Source: Alistipes sp. (GTDB lineage: Bacteria; Bacteroidota; Bacteroidia; Bacteroidales; Rikenellaceae). Taken from it: 64,000 nt of DNA. The stretch is taken from contig JAZLBJ010000021.1 in the NCBI GenBank assembly GCA_045613645.1, forward strand, positions 10,020-74,019, read 5' to 3'. A program made the translations under genes and the position numbers. Position 1 is the first letter of the stretch; every line of letters starts with the position of its first letter. The notes under the pieces were generated by a model. The model ran no database searches, was not told the DNA's origin, and saw only the letters and a program-made list of their open reading frames with translations. This document shows positions 1 through 9,098 of the stretch, piece by piece.

Positions 1-1
1 C

Positions 2-568
2 GAGGGATGCACGGCGTATGAGCTCTGGTGTCTTGAGTGCTCCCGACTCGATGATGACCTTGAGGACTACCTCCTTGGCCTCCTCGCGGAGAAGCTCGAC
101 CTCGCTTGCAGCCTCCTCAACATGGCCTGAGAGCATCATGCCTGGGTTGAGCACGATATCCACCTCGTCTGCGCCATTCTCGATAGCCATAGCCACCTCA
201 AGAGCCTTAACCTCGATGAAGCTCTGCGATGCGGGGAAGGCACCAGCCACACTTGTTATGCGCATGGGCGTGCCATCAATCTCAAGACCTACGGTCTCGA
301 TGAATGGAGGATAGACACATATAGATGCTACATTGGGGATATGTGGATACTTATCGTAGAACTCCACAGCCTTGCGTACGAAGGCCTGCACTGACTCCTG
401 CGAGTCGTTGCATGAGAGTGTTGTGAGGTCAATTGCCGAGTAGCAGAATTTGTAAACCTCGACATTGCCATTACGATTTGCTGCCATCTTGATTTTGGCC
501 ACCTCCTTAGCCACCTGCTCGTCGGTATGAGCTGGGGCATACTTCTCCAATTCCTTAATGTAGTCCAT
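2..568 (-). CDS. deoC: Deoxyribose-phosphate aldolase (runs off the window edge, 3' part missing)
   Basis: Manual translation from ATG at 568: MDYIKELEKY...AIDLTTL...VASICVYPPF...ITSVAGAFP...GADEVDIV...LKVIIESGAL, typical DeoC motifs. Not in the ORF track. Confidence 0.9.
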   Translation of the reverse strand, partial: MDYIKELEKYAPAHTDEQVAKEVAKIKMAANRNGNVEVYKFCYSAIDLTTLSCNDSQESVQAFVRKAVEFYDKYPHIPNVASICVYPPFIETVGLEIDGTPMRITSVAGAFPASQSFIEVKALEVAMAIENGADEVDIVLNPGMMLSGHVEEAASEVELLREEAKEVVLKVIIESGALKTPELIRRASL

Positions 569-597
569 AGTAAGCCTATTTCTCATTTTTGTAATCA

Positions 598-605
598 CAA
601 ATATA
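598..605 (-). promoter_or_regulatory. Bacteroidetes sigma-70 -7 box (TATATTTG) for deoC
   Basis: Matches TAnnTTTG about 30 nt upstream of the start codon. Confidence 0.6.
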
Positions 606-804
606 CAATTTTTTTTTCAAACAAACACCATTCCTCGCCATTTTTTTATTAGTATCTCCGTATTTACTATATGGTGATAATATAGCAGTGTAGGTTATAT
701 GGGTTCTTGTAGGTTCTTATGGGGATGGCATAAAGGCGAGCCAACGCCAAACAAACCGACACAATGAGCACATCATAGTACACCAGAACTGAGTGTATGA
801 CAAT

Positions 805-909
805 GCTGTCATCCTGAGCAGAGCGAAGGACAACCGCTATCAACATGCGTTATCAGCTTTACCAATTGTCGGCTTCGAGGAGACTCTTCACTGCATTCAT
901 AAGGACAGC
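805..909. repeat. REP-like imperfect inverted repeat element
   Basis: GCTGTCATCCTGAGCAGAGCGAAGGA (805-830) pairs imperfectly with TCTTCACTGCATTCATAAGGACAGC (885-909). Resembles GTCATCCTGAGCGAAGCGAAGGA-type extragenic palindromes. Confidence 0.6.
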
Positions 910-939
910 GCTAAGTGCACATCCATTGGTCTATTGGAT

Positions 940-974
940 AAAAAAGAACTGCCCCGCCGAGGTGGCAGGGCAGT
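940..974 (-). terminator. Intrinsic terminator of the lipoprotein gene
   Basis: Stem ACTGCCC...GGGCAGT with an A-tract on the left (U-tract on the minus strand), just past the stop at 997. Confidence 0.75.
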
Positions 975-996
975 GTTTATATGTTCTCTTTAGCAA

Positions 997-2292
997 TTAG
1001 CGAAGAACTACTGAAGAGAGCATTGCAGGAGTGTTGCTACGTGAAGCAGACATTGCAGATGGAGTAGCAGCAGCCTTAGTCCAAGTCATGTCACCTGTGC
1101 GGTATACGCCTGGGAATGCCTCGATGAGGAAGTAGATCTGACCACCATCAGTAACACCGAATACATCAGATGCGAAGCAAGTAACAGGAACCTCCTGGTT
1201 ATTCTCATCGTAGAATGTCATCTTGTTAGTAGATGTAGCAGTATTGCCATTCAAAGTAGCGATGTTAGATGGGTAGCCATCGATTGAGATACCGAAGTCA
1301 TACCAACCCAACCAGTAGTAGTAGAATGAACCATCCTCGCTCACACCAAGATTAGTACCGTTCAAGATGTAGAGAGTATCGCCATCAACAGAACCATAAG
1401 TGTAGAAGCCCTCACCAAGAACGCTCCAGCCATCAACGATAACCTCATTAGGATCGCTTGCGCTTGCAGTAATGTTTACAGTGAAAGTATCAGCGCCATC
1501 AAGTTCTGTACCATTACCCTGATCGTCGATAGAGTAAACCTTAGTAGACGCAACCTCCCAAGTACCTATCCATGCCTTAGCAGCCGCGCTTGGCTCAGCA
1601 GTCTCAGTAGTAACCTCGTTCATAGAGAAATACTCAATACCCTGAGCGTTAGAAACAAGAACGCACACTGCGTAAGTAGTACCACCACCAACAGGGCCAA
1701 TGACGCTTGAAAGACCATCCTCTGAGTTTACAGCAGCAAGAGTCTCTGCATTTACATCAGTAAGAGCAGCCTTGATATCATTCTCAGAAACACCGATCAA
1801 ATTATCAGCAATGTATACACCGTAAGCGAGTGAAGTAACGCCAGTACCCTTCCATGTGAAAGCGATAGCGTTGTAAGGGCCGTAACCCTCCTCCTCGTTC
1901 AACTCAGCAGGCTGAGCAGTAGCTGTGAACCAGTCTACCTCAGTAGCACCAGTCAAAGTTACGTTTACTGAACCGAAGTCAGAATCCTTGTAACCCTCAC
2001 CAATAGCCTTTACGCGTACAGTGTACTCACCAGCGTTGTAGTTCTCGAACTTGTAAGAGGTCTCAGTAGTAGTGTAGTTCTTACCCTTGAGGTTCAAAGA
2101 GTAAGAGTCAGCATTTGCAACTGCCTCCCAAGAGATAGTGAACCATGTGTCACCAGTCTCAGCTACGCCAGGAACTGGAGTCTCAAGCTTAGAGCCATTG
2201 CCTGGACCATTTGGCTCATTAGACTTCTCGCCACAAGCTACGAATGAGATAGCAGCAGCAGCGATCATCATCATTGAAAAAAACTTTTTCAT
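997..2292 (-). CDS. Surface lipoprotein with N-terminal fibronectin type III-like domain
   Basis: Lipobox FVAC followed by a K/E-containing export-like signal; FN3-like pattern FTISWEAV..ADSY...YTVRVKAIG. Confidence 0.75.
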   Translation of the reverse strand: MKKFFSMMMIAAAAISFVACGEKSNEPNGPGNGSKLETPVPGVAETGDTWFTISWEAVANADSYSLNLKGKNYTTTETSYKFENYNAGEYTVRVKAIGEGYKDSDFGSVNVTLTGATEVDWFTATAQPAELNEEEGYGPYNAIAFTWKGTGVTSLAYGVYIADNLIGVSENDIKAALTDVNAETLAAVNSEDGLSSVIGPVGGGTTYAVCVLVSNAQGIEYFSMNEVTTETAEPSAAAKAWIGTWEVASTKVYSIDDQGNGTELDGADTFTVNITASASDPNEVIVDGWSVLGEGFYTYGSVDGDTLYILNGTNLGVSEDGSFYYYWLGWYDFGISIDGYPSNIATLNGNTATSTNKMTFYDENNQEVPVTCFASDVFGVTDGGQIYFLIEAFPGVYRTGDMTWTKAAATPSAMSASRSNTPAMLSSVVLR

Positions 2293-2631
2293 AATTGATT
2301 GTTGGTTAATATTAAAAAATAAAAAGTTGTTGTTTTCTATCTATTTAGCGTCCTTGGTATAGCCAACGCCCAAGCAGGATGTTTATTATTTGAGTACCGT
2401 TTACTTAACCTAATTGAGCTGATACTATATGTGTAGACACAATTTCGATGCGAAGATAAACAAAAAATTCTATTTTAAAACATTATGAAAGAAAATTGTT
2501 AAAAAAGTGGGGAACTGTAGCGACCTGGGGGCATTGGAGCAAGGTGACGGTCGCGGCCATTGTCACGAGATTGTGTGACACTAGACCACTCGCTGTCTCT
2601 CTGTTACTAAAATCTTTAATTAGCAATCAAC

Positions 2632-2673
2632 AAAAAAAAATCCCAACAACGGATAGCCCATTGTCGGGATTTT
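2632..2673 (-). terminator. Terminator of the mce-mmd operon
   Basis: A-tract then ATCCCAACAA...TTGTCGGGAT hairpin downstream of the beta-subunit stop. Confidence 0.7.
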
Positions 2674-2713
2674 ATGTTAGGTAGCAGCTACTGCCACCCT
2701 ATAATCGCATCTA

Positions 2714-4132
2714 CTAGCCGAAGAAGGCAAGAAGAATACCCGCAGCTACAGCCGAGCCGATAACACCGGCAACATTAGGACCCATAGCGTGCATCAAAAG
2801 GAAGTTACCTGGGTTGTACTTCTGGCCAACGGTCTGAGATACACGAGCAGCCATAGGCACAGCCGACACACCTGCAGAGCCGATAAGTGGGTTGATCTTA
2901 TCCTTGCTGAAGAGGTTCATAATCTTAGCCAAGATGACACCCGATGCTGAGCCCAAAGAGAATGCGATGACACCCAAGAGAAGGATGCTCAAAGTATCAG
3001 TATTAAGGAAGTTAGCAGCAGTTGCAGTAGCACCTACAGAGATACCGAGGAATACGGTAACGATGTTCATCAACTCGTTCTGAACGGTCTTAGAGAGACG
3101 CTCTGTAACACCACACTCCTTAAGCAAGTTACCAAGCATCAAACAGCCGATAAGTGGAGCTGCTGATGGAAGAAGCAACGCAATGATAACGGTGATAACG
3201 ATAGGGAAGATAATCTTCTCGCGCTGCGATACAGTACGAAGCTGCTTCATCTCAATCTTACGCTCAGCCTCAGTGGTAAGCATCTTCATGATAGGTGGCT
3301 GGATAACAGGCACCAATGCCATGTATGAGTATGCCGCAACGGCGATAGGACCAAGCAACTCAGGCGAAAGCTTAGATGTTAGGTAGATAGCGGTAGGACC
3401 ATCAGCACCACCAATGATACCGATAGAGCCAGCCTGCCAGTAGTCGAAGCCAAGGGCCAACGCACCAATGAAAGTAGCGAAGATACCAATCTGGGCAGCA
3501 GCACCGAGCAACAAGCTCTTAGGGTTAGCGATAAGTGGACCGAAATCGGTCATAGCACCCACACCAATGAAGATCAAGCAAGGGTAGATACCGAGCTTAA
3601 CACCAAGGTAGAGGATATCCAACAAACCCGCCTTGCCACTCTCGAAGCCACTCCAGTCAATATGGCCACCCTCGAACAAACCTGCATGGAACATATCTGC
3701 GCCAGGAAGGTTGGTAAGCAACATACCAAAGGCGATAGGGAGCAACAACAATGGCTCGAACTTCTTGACAATAGCCAAGAAAAGGAGCACAAACGAGATA
3801 AGTAGCATCACGGCACAACGCCAATCTACTGGGTTTGTAAGAGGGTCATTATCATTATTAATCGCCTCATCACCAGCAAACTTAGCAATACCTGAATCCG
3901 ATGCAAAGTCCTTAATGGTCTGGCTAACACCAGCCTTATCAAACTTATTATCGAAAACACTATTATCTCGATACATCTTTCCGTCCTCATCGTAACGAAT
4001 CGCCAACTCACCCAACGACTGCTCAGTAGAAGGCTTAACATCTGTCTGAGGCTCCGAGGCCTGCACTGCAGATGCCGACGAAAGCATCACAACGGTAAGG
4101 AGAAGTGAAAAATAAAATTTTAGACTCTTCAT
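2714..4132 (-). CDS. mmdB: Na+-translocating decarboxylase beta subunit (MmdB/OadB family)
   Basis: [34 protein letters not shown] and [14 protein letters not shown] signature motifs; operon context. Confidence 0.95.
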   Translation of the reverse strand: MKSLKFYFSLLLTVVMLSSASAVQASEPQTDVKPSTEQSLGELAIRYDEDGKMYRDNSVFDNKFDKAGVSQTIKDFASDSGIAKFAGDEAINNDNDPLTNPVDWRCAVMLLISFVLLFLAIVKKFEPLLLLPIAFGMLLTNLPGADMFHAGLFEGGHIDWSGFESGKAGLLDILYLGVKLGIYPCLIFIGVGAMTDFGPLIANPKSLLLGAAAQIGIFATFIGALALGFDYWQAGSIGIIGGADGPTAIYLTSKLSPELLGPIAVAAYSYMALVPVIQPPIMKMLTTEAERKIEMKQLRTVSQREKIIFPIVITVIIALLLPSAAPLIGCLMLGNLLKECGVTERLSKTVQNELMNIVTVFLGISVGATATAANFLNTDTLSILLLGVIAFSLGSASGVILAKIMNLFSKDKINPLIGSAGVSAVPMAARVSQTVGQKYNPGNFLLMHAMGPNVAGVIGSAVAAGILLAFFG

Positions 4133-4158
4133 CTTATTAACAGTTAAAGAGTTATGAA

Positions 4159-4587
4159 TTAAGCAATATCAATAAGAGCCTCGCCCTGCTGAACTGCCTT
4201 ACCCTCGGTAACATATATCTTCTTAACAGTACCAGCGCCTGGAGCCATAATCTCGTTCTCCATCTTCATAGCCTCCAAAGTCATAAGGACCTCACCAGCC
4301 TTAACAGCCTGACCCTCGCTAACCTTGATCTTTGATACATTGCCAGGAAGTGGAGACTTGATTGAGCCTGCATTGCCAGTGATAGGCTGCTGTGGTGCCT
4401 CAACGAAGTCAGCTGATGACGACGATGGCTTAACGGCAGCAATCTTAGGAGATACGATAGCCTCCTCCTTCTCAACCTGAACAGTATAGCTCTTGCCATT
4501 AAGCTCAACGCGCGCTGTATTGCGCTCGGTCTCCTCTACAATAGCCTCGTAGCTCTTACCGTTAATATTGAACTTGAATTTCTGCAT
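4159..4587 (-). CDS. mmdC: Biotin carboxyl carrier subunit of methylmalonyl-CoA decarboxylase
   Basis: EAMKMENE biotinylation motif; SPLPG start of the biotinyl domain. Confidence 0.9.
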   Translation of the reverse strand: MQKFKFNINGKSYEAIVEETERNTARVELNGKSYTVQVEKEEAIVSPKIAAVKPSSSSADFVEAPQQPITGNAGSIKSPLPGNVSKIKVSEGQAVKAGEVLMTLEAMKMENEIMAPGAGTVKKIYVTEGKAVQQGEALIDIA

Positions 4588-4619
4588 AATCTTTTCTAAA
4601 TTGTTTGTGTTTGGATTTA

Positions 4620-4937
4620 CTAAAGCTGCTTGTGGATATTACGAACCTGCCAAGCAGAGACATCGTGGTTCTGGCGGAATGTGAGTACATCGCTCTCCTC
4701 ATCATGACGATTGAAGAAGAGGTTGACAGCCATAGCAATGGCTGCCACCTCCTCGTCAGAAATCTCGTCAGATGAGCTCGCTGTAGCAACAGCAGCTGTA
4801 GCCTTCTTCTTCTCAGCAAAGATAACTCCAAAGAGTTTCAAAATGAAGATGAGAAGAATGAGAACTACGAACACCAACGCAATGCTAAATAGTGTTACGA
4901 TAGCTGCATTTCCCCAGTTTATTGCAAGCATCATCAT
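4620..4937 (-). CDS. mmdD: OadG/MmdD family membrane anchor subunit
   Basis: Single N-terminal TM helix, Ala-rich linker, EEVAAIAMA motif; lies between the carboxyltransferase and the biotin carrier. Confidence 0.85.
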   Translation of the reverse strand: MMMLAINWGNAAIVTLFSIALVFVVLILLIFILKLFGVIFAEKKKATAAVATASSSDEISDEEVAAIAMAVNLFFNRHDEESDVLTFRQNHDVSAWQVRNIHKQL

Positions 4938-4956
4938 ATTTTACTACATTTTAAGA

Positions 4957-6519
4957 TTACAATGGAATGTTGTTATGACGCTTTGCAGGATTCTCCAAAC
5001 GCTTGTTGCGCAAAGACTCCAATGCACGGATCACGCGGAAACGAGTGTTGCGTGGCTCAATAACATCGTCGATATAGCCGTAGCGTGCTGCGTTGTAAGG
5101 GTTAGAGAACTTATCGCGGTACTCCTGCTCCTTCCCGGCAACAAACTTAGCCTTATCCTCCTTGTTCTCGAATGATGACAACGCCTTAGCGTGCAATACC
5201 TCAACAGCACCACTTGCACCCATAACAGCGATTTCAGCAGTTGGCCATGCGTAGTTAACATCACCACGGATGTGCTTAGATGACATCACGATGTAAGCAC
5301 CACCGTATGCCTTACGCAAGGTAACAGTAACCTTAGGCACTGTAGCCTCACAGTAAGCGAAGAGCAACTTAGCACCGTGGGTGATAACGCCACCGTACTC
5401 CTGAGCTGTACCAGGCAAGAAGCCAGGAACATCAACCAAAGTAACCAATGGAATATTGAACGCATCGCAGAAACGCACGAAACGAGCAGCCTTACGAGAA
5501 GCGTTGATATCCAATACACCCGCCATGAACTTAGGCTGGTTAGCGATGATACCTACTGACTGGCCATTGAAGCGTGCGAAACCTGTGATGATATTCTTTG
5601 CGTATGGTGCAGCAGACTCCAAGAACTCGCCATTATCAACGATAGCCTTGATAACCTCCATCATGTCGTATGGCTTGTTAGGGTTATCAGGGATGATCTC
5701 GTTGAGGATATCCTCCTTACGCGCGATATCGTCGGTGCAAGGCTGATCTGGAACGAGTGCTGTGTAGTTCTGTGGCATGTATGAGAGAAGGTCGCGGATA
5801 AGCTTCAAGCCCTCCTCCTCAGAATCAACAGCGAACTGAGCAACACCAGACTTTGTTGTATGCATGTTAGCACCACCCAACTGCTCCTGAGTTACATCCT
5901 CACCAGTAACGGTCTTAACAACCTTAGGACCAGTAAGGAACATGTTAGATGTCTCACGACGCATGATGATGAAGTCGGTCAACGCTGGAGAGTAAACAGC
6001 ACCACCAGCGCAAGGACCAAAGATAGCTGAGATCTGTGGGATAACACCAGATGCCATTACATTACGCTGGAAGATGTTAGCGTAACCAGCCAAGGCGTTA
6101 ACACCCTCCTGGATACGAGCACCACCTGAGTCGTTCAAACCGATACATGGAGCGCCGTTGCGAACAGCCATATCCATAACCTTGCAAATCTTGTCTGCCA
6201 AAGAGATAGACAATGAACCTGCTGTAACGGTGAAGTCCTGTGCGAAGACATATACCAAGCGACCAGCGATGGTACCGTAACCTGTTACAACGCCATCACC
6301 AAAGGTGTGCTTTGCGTCCATACCGAAGTCGTAGCAACGGTGAGTAACGAACATATCGAACTCCTCGAAGCTACCCTCATCCAACAACATAGCGATACGC
6401 TCACGAGCGGTGTACTTACCCTTCTCGTGCTGCTTGTCGATAGCCTTCTGACCACCACCCATACGAGCTGTCTGACGGTTGTCCATCAACTTCTCGATTG
6501 CTTTCTGAATTTCGCTCAT
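4957..6519 (-). CDS. mmdA: Methylmalonyl-CoA decarboxylase alpha / acyl-CoA carboxyltransferase subunit
   Basis: [43 protein letters not shown] and KRHNNIPL motifs. Confidence 0.95.
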   Translation of the reverse strand: MSEIQKAIEKLMDNRQTARMGGGQKAIDKQHEKGKYTARERIAMLLDEGSFEEFDMFVTHRCYDFGMDAKHTFGDGVVTGYGTIAGRLVYVFAQDFTVTAGSLSISLADKICKVMDMAVRNGAPCIGLNDSGGARIQEGVNALAGYANIFQRNVMASGVIPQISAIFGPCAGGAVYSPALTDFIIMRRETSNMFLTGPKVVKTVTGEDVTQEQLGGANMHTTKSGVAQFAVDSEEEGLKLIRDLLSYMPQNYTALVPDQPCTDDIARKEDILNEIIPDNPNKPYDMMEVIKAIVDNGEFLESAAPYAKNIITGFARFNGQSVGIIANQPKFMAGVLDINASRKAARFVRFCDAFNIPLVTLVDVPGFLPGTAQEYGGVITHGAKLLFAYCEATVPKVTVTLRKAYGGAYIVMSSKHIRGDVNYAWPTAEIAVMGASGAVEVLHAKALSSFENKEDKAKFVAGKEQEYRDKFSNPYNAARYGYIDDVIEPRNTRFRVIRALESLRNKRLENPAKRHNNIPL

Positions 6520-6558
6520 AGTGAAATCTTTATTTAGTTATAGTTAATTTCAGGTTGA

Positions 6559-6969
6559 TTACTTATTCTTGTTCTCGCAGAGCTCTGTGAGGATACCCTG
6601 AGTAGACTTTGGGTGAAGGAATGCGATGGTAAGACCCTCAGCACCCTTACGTGGAGTCTTGTCGATAAGGCGGATACCGTGAGCCTCAGCGTCAGCAAGC
6701 TGCTCCTCGATATTCTCGCAAGCGAGAGCCATGTGGTGGATACCAGCGCCCTTAGTCTCAAGATACTTAGCGATTGTTGACTCTGGAGATGTTGGCTCCA
6801 AAAGCTCAATCTTAGTCTGACCAAGCATAAAGAATGCGGTCTTAACCTTCTGATCAGCTACCTCCTCGATAGCATAGCACTTTAGACCGAGTACATTCTC
6901 CCAATAAGGAATTGCCTCCTCCAAGCTGTTTACAGCAATACCGAGATGCTCAATGTGTGATACTTTCAT
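6559..6969 (-). CDS. mce: Methylmalonyl-CoA epimerase
   Basis: HIEHLGIAV, KIELLEP, GIHHMA, FLHPKSTQGILTELC (VOC fold); first gene of the mmd operon. Confidence 0.95.
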   Translation of the reverse strand: MKVSHIEHLGIAVNSLEEAIPYWENVLGLKCYAIEEVADQKVKTAFFMLGQTKIELLEPTSPESTIAKYLETKGAGIHHMALACENIEEQLADAEAHGIRLIDKTPRKGAEGLTIAFLHPKSTQGILTELCENKNK

Positions 6970-7056
6970 AGCATTTAGTTTTTATAAAGTTTAACTTAAT
7001 ATTTTTTTATTGTGTTATCTCAACAACAATGAGGTTGGGTACCTCAAAAAATCACC

Positions 7057-7064
7057 CAAAGTTA
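7057..7064 (-). promoter_or_regulatory. -7 box (TAACTTTG) for the mce-mmd operon
   Basis: TAnnTTTG match in the divergent intergenic region. Confidence 0.6.
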
Positions 7065-7241
7065 CTTCTTCTTTTTGAAACCACGAAATATTTTCGTCTC
7101 TTTTTTTCAATTATTTTAACCTCGACATACCAGCCAAACCTATTTGCAGATAAATTGGCATGGTTTTACGATTTTTTTCACCATCAAGCGTGATTATTAC
7201 GGAAAAAACCTTAACTTCGCAGAGTAATAGCTATTAAGAGT

Positions 7242-7721
7242 ATGAGATATTTATTGAGCATCGTAGCCGTAATGGTGGCTCTATGTAGCAGCGCATCGGC
7301 ACAGAACATACGCCTCGGCGAGAAGATACCCGACATTAATGTGGAGTCAACCATGGGCTCCGACCTCAAGCTTATTGAACAGGAGTACACATGCCTAATA
7401 TTCATGCACTCTAAATGCGAGCCATGTGAGACAGCCATACCCTACTTCCATAGCTTGGCAGCACCCATGACCGAGAATCTGGCCATAGTGCTTCTAACAC
7501 ACGAGTCCAAAGAGGTAGAAGCAGAGATAGCACGCATGTATAAAAACTACTTCAACGCCATAGCATTCGACCGTAACCGTCATACGCACAAGACTTTTGG
7601 TATTAACTTCGTGCCCTTTGGCGTGATATACAACACCAAGAATCGACGCATCGAGTGGTTTGGCTCACTACAGCAGCTCAACAGTACAGAACTCAGCAAG
7701 ATATGTAAAACTAAAAAATAA
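7242..7721 (+). CDS. Secreted thioredoxin-like (TlpA/AhpC-TSA) protein
   Basis: Signal peptide, CEPC (CxxC) motif, FGINFVP cis-Pro loop. Confidence 0.75.
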   Translation: MRYLLSIVAVMVALCSSASAQNIRLGEKIPDINVESTMGSDLKLIEQEYTCLIFMHSKCEPCETAIPYFHSLAAPMTENLAIVLLTHESKEVEAEIARMYKNYFNAIAFDRNRHTHKTFGINFVPFGVIYNTKNRRIEWFGSLQQLNSTELSKICKTKK

Positions 7722-7729
7722 GATATACT

Positions 7730-8842
7730 ATGTCATACACCAAGATAGAGCACTACGAGAAGGAGTATCTCGACCATCACCACGATAGTGCACTTGCCGT
7801 CACTAAGGGCGTTGAGGACCAGCCTGTGGTAAATCCCTACTTTGTGCGAAAGAAGCGCCGTCAGATGACTACCGAGGAGTATGTCGAAGGCATACTTCAG
7901 GGTAACATCACCATCCTTGCACAGGCCATAACACTCATCGAGAGCAATAACCCTACGCACTATGCTCAGGCACAGGATATCATCGAACGCTGCCTACCCC
8001 ACTCTGGTAAGTCGGTGCGCATTGGTATCACCGGTGTGCCAGGCGCTGGTAAGTCGAGCTTTATCGAGGCGGTGGGTAACATGGTAACAAACTACAACCA
8101 CAAGCTCGCTGTATTGGCCATAGACCCAAGCTCGGAGCGCAGTGGTGGCTCCATTCTCGGCGATAAGACACGCATGGAGAGCATATGCCACAACCCAAAT
8201 ATCTTTGTGCGCCCCTCACCCTCGGCGGGCTCATTGGGCGGTGTTGCACGCAAGACACGCGAGACCATCGTGCTCTGTGAGGCTGCGGGCTACGATGTTA
8301 TATTCATCGAGACCGTAGGTGTGGGTCAGTCGGAGACTGCGGTACACTCCATGGTCGACATGTTTATGATGCTTCAGATTTCTGGTGCTGGCGATGAGCT
8401 CCAGGGTATCAAGCGCGGTATCATGGAGATGGCCGACATGATGGTAATCACCAAGGCCGATGGCGAAAATGTGCATAAGGCAGACCTTGCCAAGGCTCAG
8501 TATCAGGGTGCGCTACACCTCTTCCCACTAGCCGACTCGGGCTGGAGACCACAGGTCTACACATGCTCGTCGCACGAGGGTACAGGCCTTGAGGAGGTAT
8601 GGCAGGGCGTGGAGCAGTATCTACAACATATCGAGCTTAACGGCTACTTTATGGCCAACCGCAACCGCCAAAATAAGTATTGGATGTATGAGACCATCAA
8701 CGAGACTTTGAAGTCGAGCTTCTACAATAATCCCGACATCGAGTCACGCCTTGCGGACATCGAGCAGAGGGTATTAGACGCTAAGCTATCTTCATTCATT
8801 GCCGCCAAGGAGTTGCTTGACATCTACTTTAAGGAGAAGTAG
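7730..8842 (+). CDS. meaB: Methylmalonyl-CoA mutase-associated GTPase MeaB
   Basis: GITGVPGAGKS, AIDPSS, GDKTRM, IETVGVGQSE, GDELQGIKRG, TKAD. Confidence 0.95.
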   Translation: MSYTKIEHYEKEYLDHHHDSALAVTKGVEDQPVVNPYFVRKKRRQMTTEEYVEGILQGNITILAQAITLIESNNPTHYAQAQDIIERCLPHSGKSVRIGITGVPGAGKSSFIEAVGNMVTNYNHKLAVLAIDPSSERSGGSILGDKTRMESICHNPNIFVRPSPSAGSLGGVARKTRETIVLCEAAGYDVIFIETVGVGQSETAVHSMVDMFMMLQISGAGDELQGIKRGIMEMADMMVITKADGENVHKADLAKAQYQGALHLFPLADSGWRPQVYTCSSHEGTGLEEVWQGVEQYLQHIELNGYFMANRNRQNKYWMYETINETLKSSFYNNPDIESRLADIEQRVLDAKLSSFIAAKELLDIYFKEK

Positions 8843-8895
8843 TTAGAGTGATTTTAGAGGATGAAATACATGAATAAGTTCGTCTCATAATAAAG

Positions 8896-8932
8896 TAAAT
8901 GCCCCTCGATTTTCCGAGGGGCATTTATTTTT
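8896..8932. terminator. Terminator downstream of meaB (possibly bidirectional)
   Basis: TAAATGCCCCTCG...CGAGGGGCATTTA perfect stem followed by a T-tract. Confidence 0.8.
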
Positions 8933-8971
8933 GTTAGCGGCAGTAGATGTATGCCCTATCTCGATAAATTA

Positions 8972-9098
8972 AATTTGTTGTCAGAGTGGTGCAGTAGTGG
9001 CGCTGACATGAAGAAGCCCCGGATGGGACATACATGATGTATTTCCCATTCGGGGCTTTGATTGAAGCGTCGCTAATGCGCCGCTATCACAACAAATT
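8972..9098. repeat. MITE/REP-like nested inverted-repeat element
   Basis: 10-bp terminal inverted repeat AATTTGTTGT/ACAACAAATT; inner TAGTGGCGC/GCGCCGCTA; central AAGCCCCGGATGGGA...TCCCATTCGGGGCTT stem. Confidence 0.55.
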
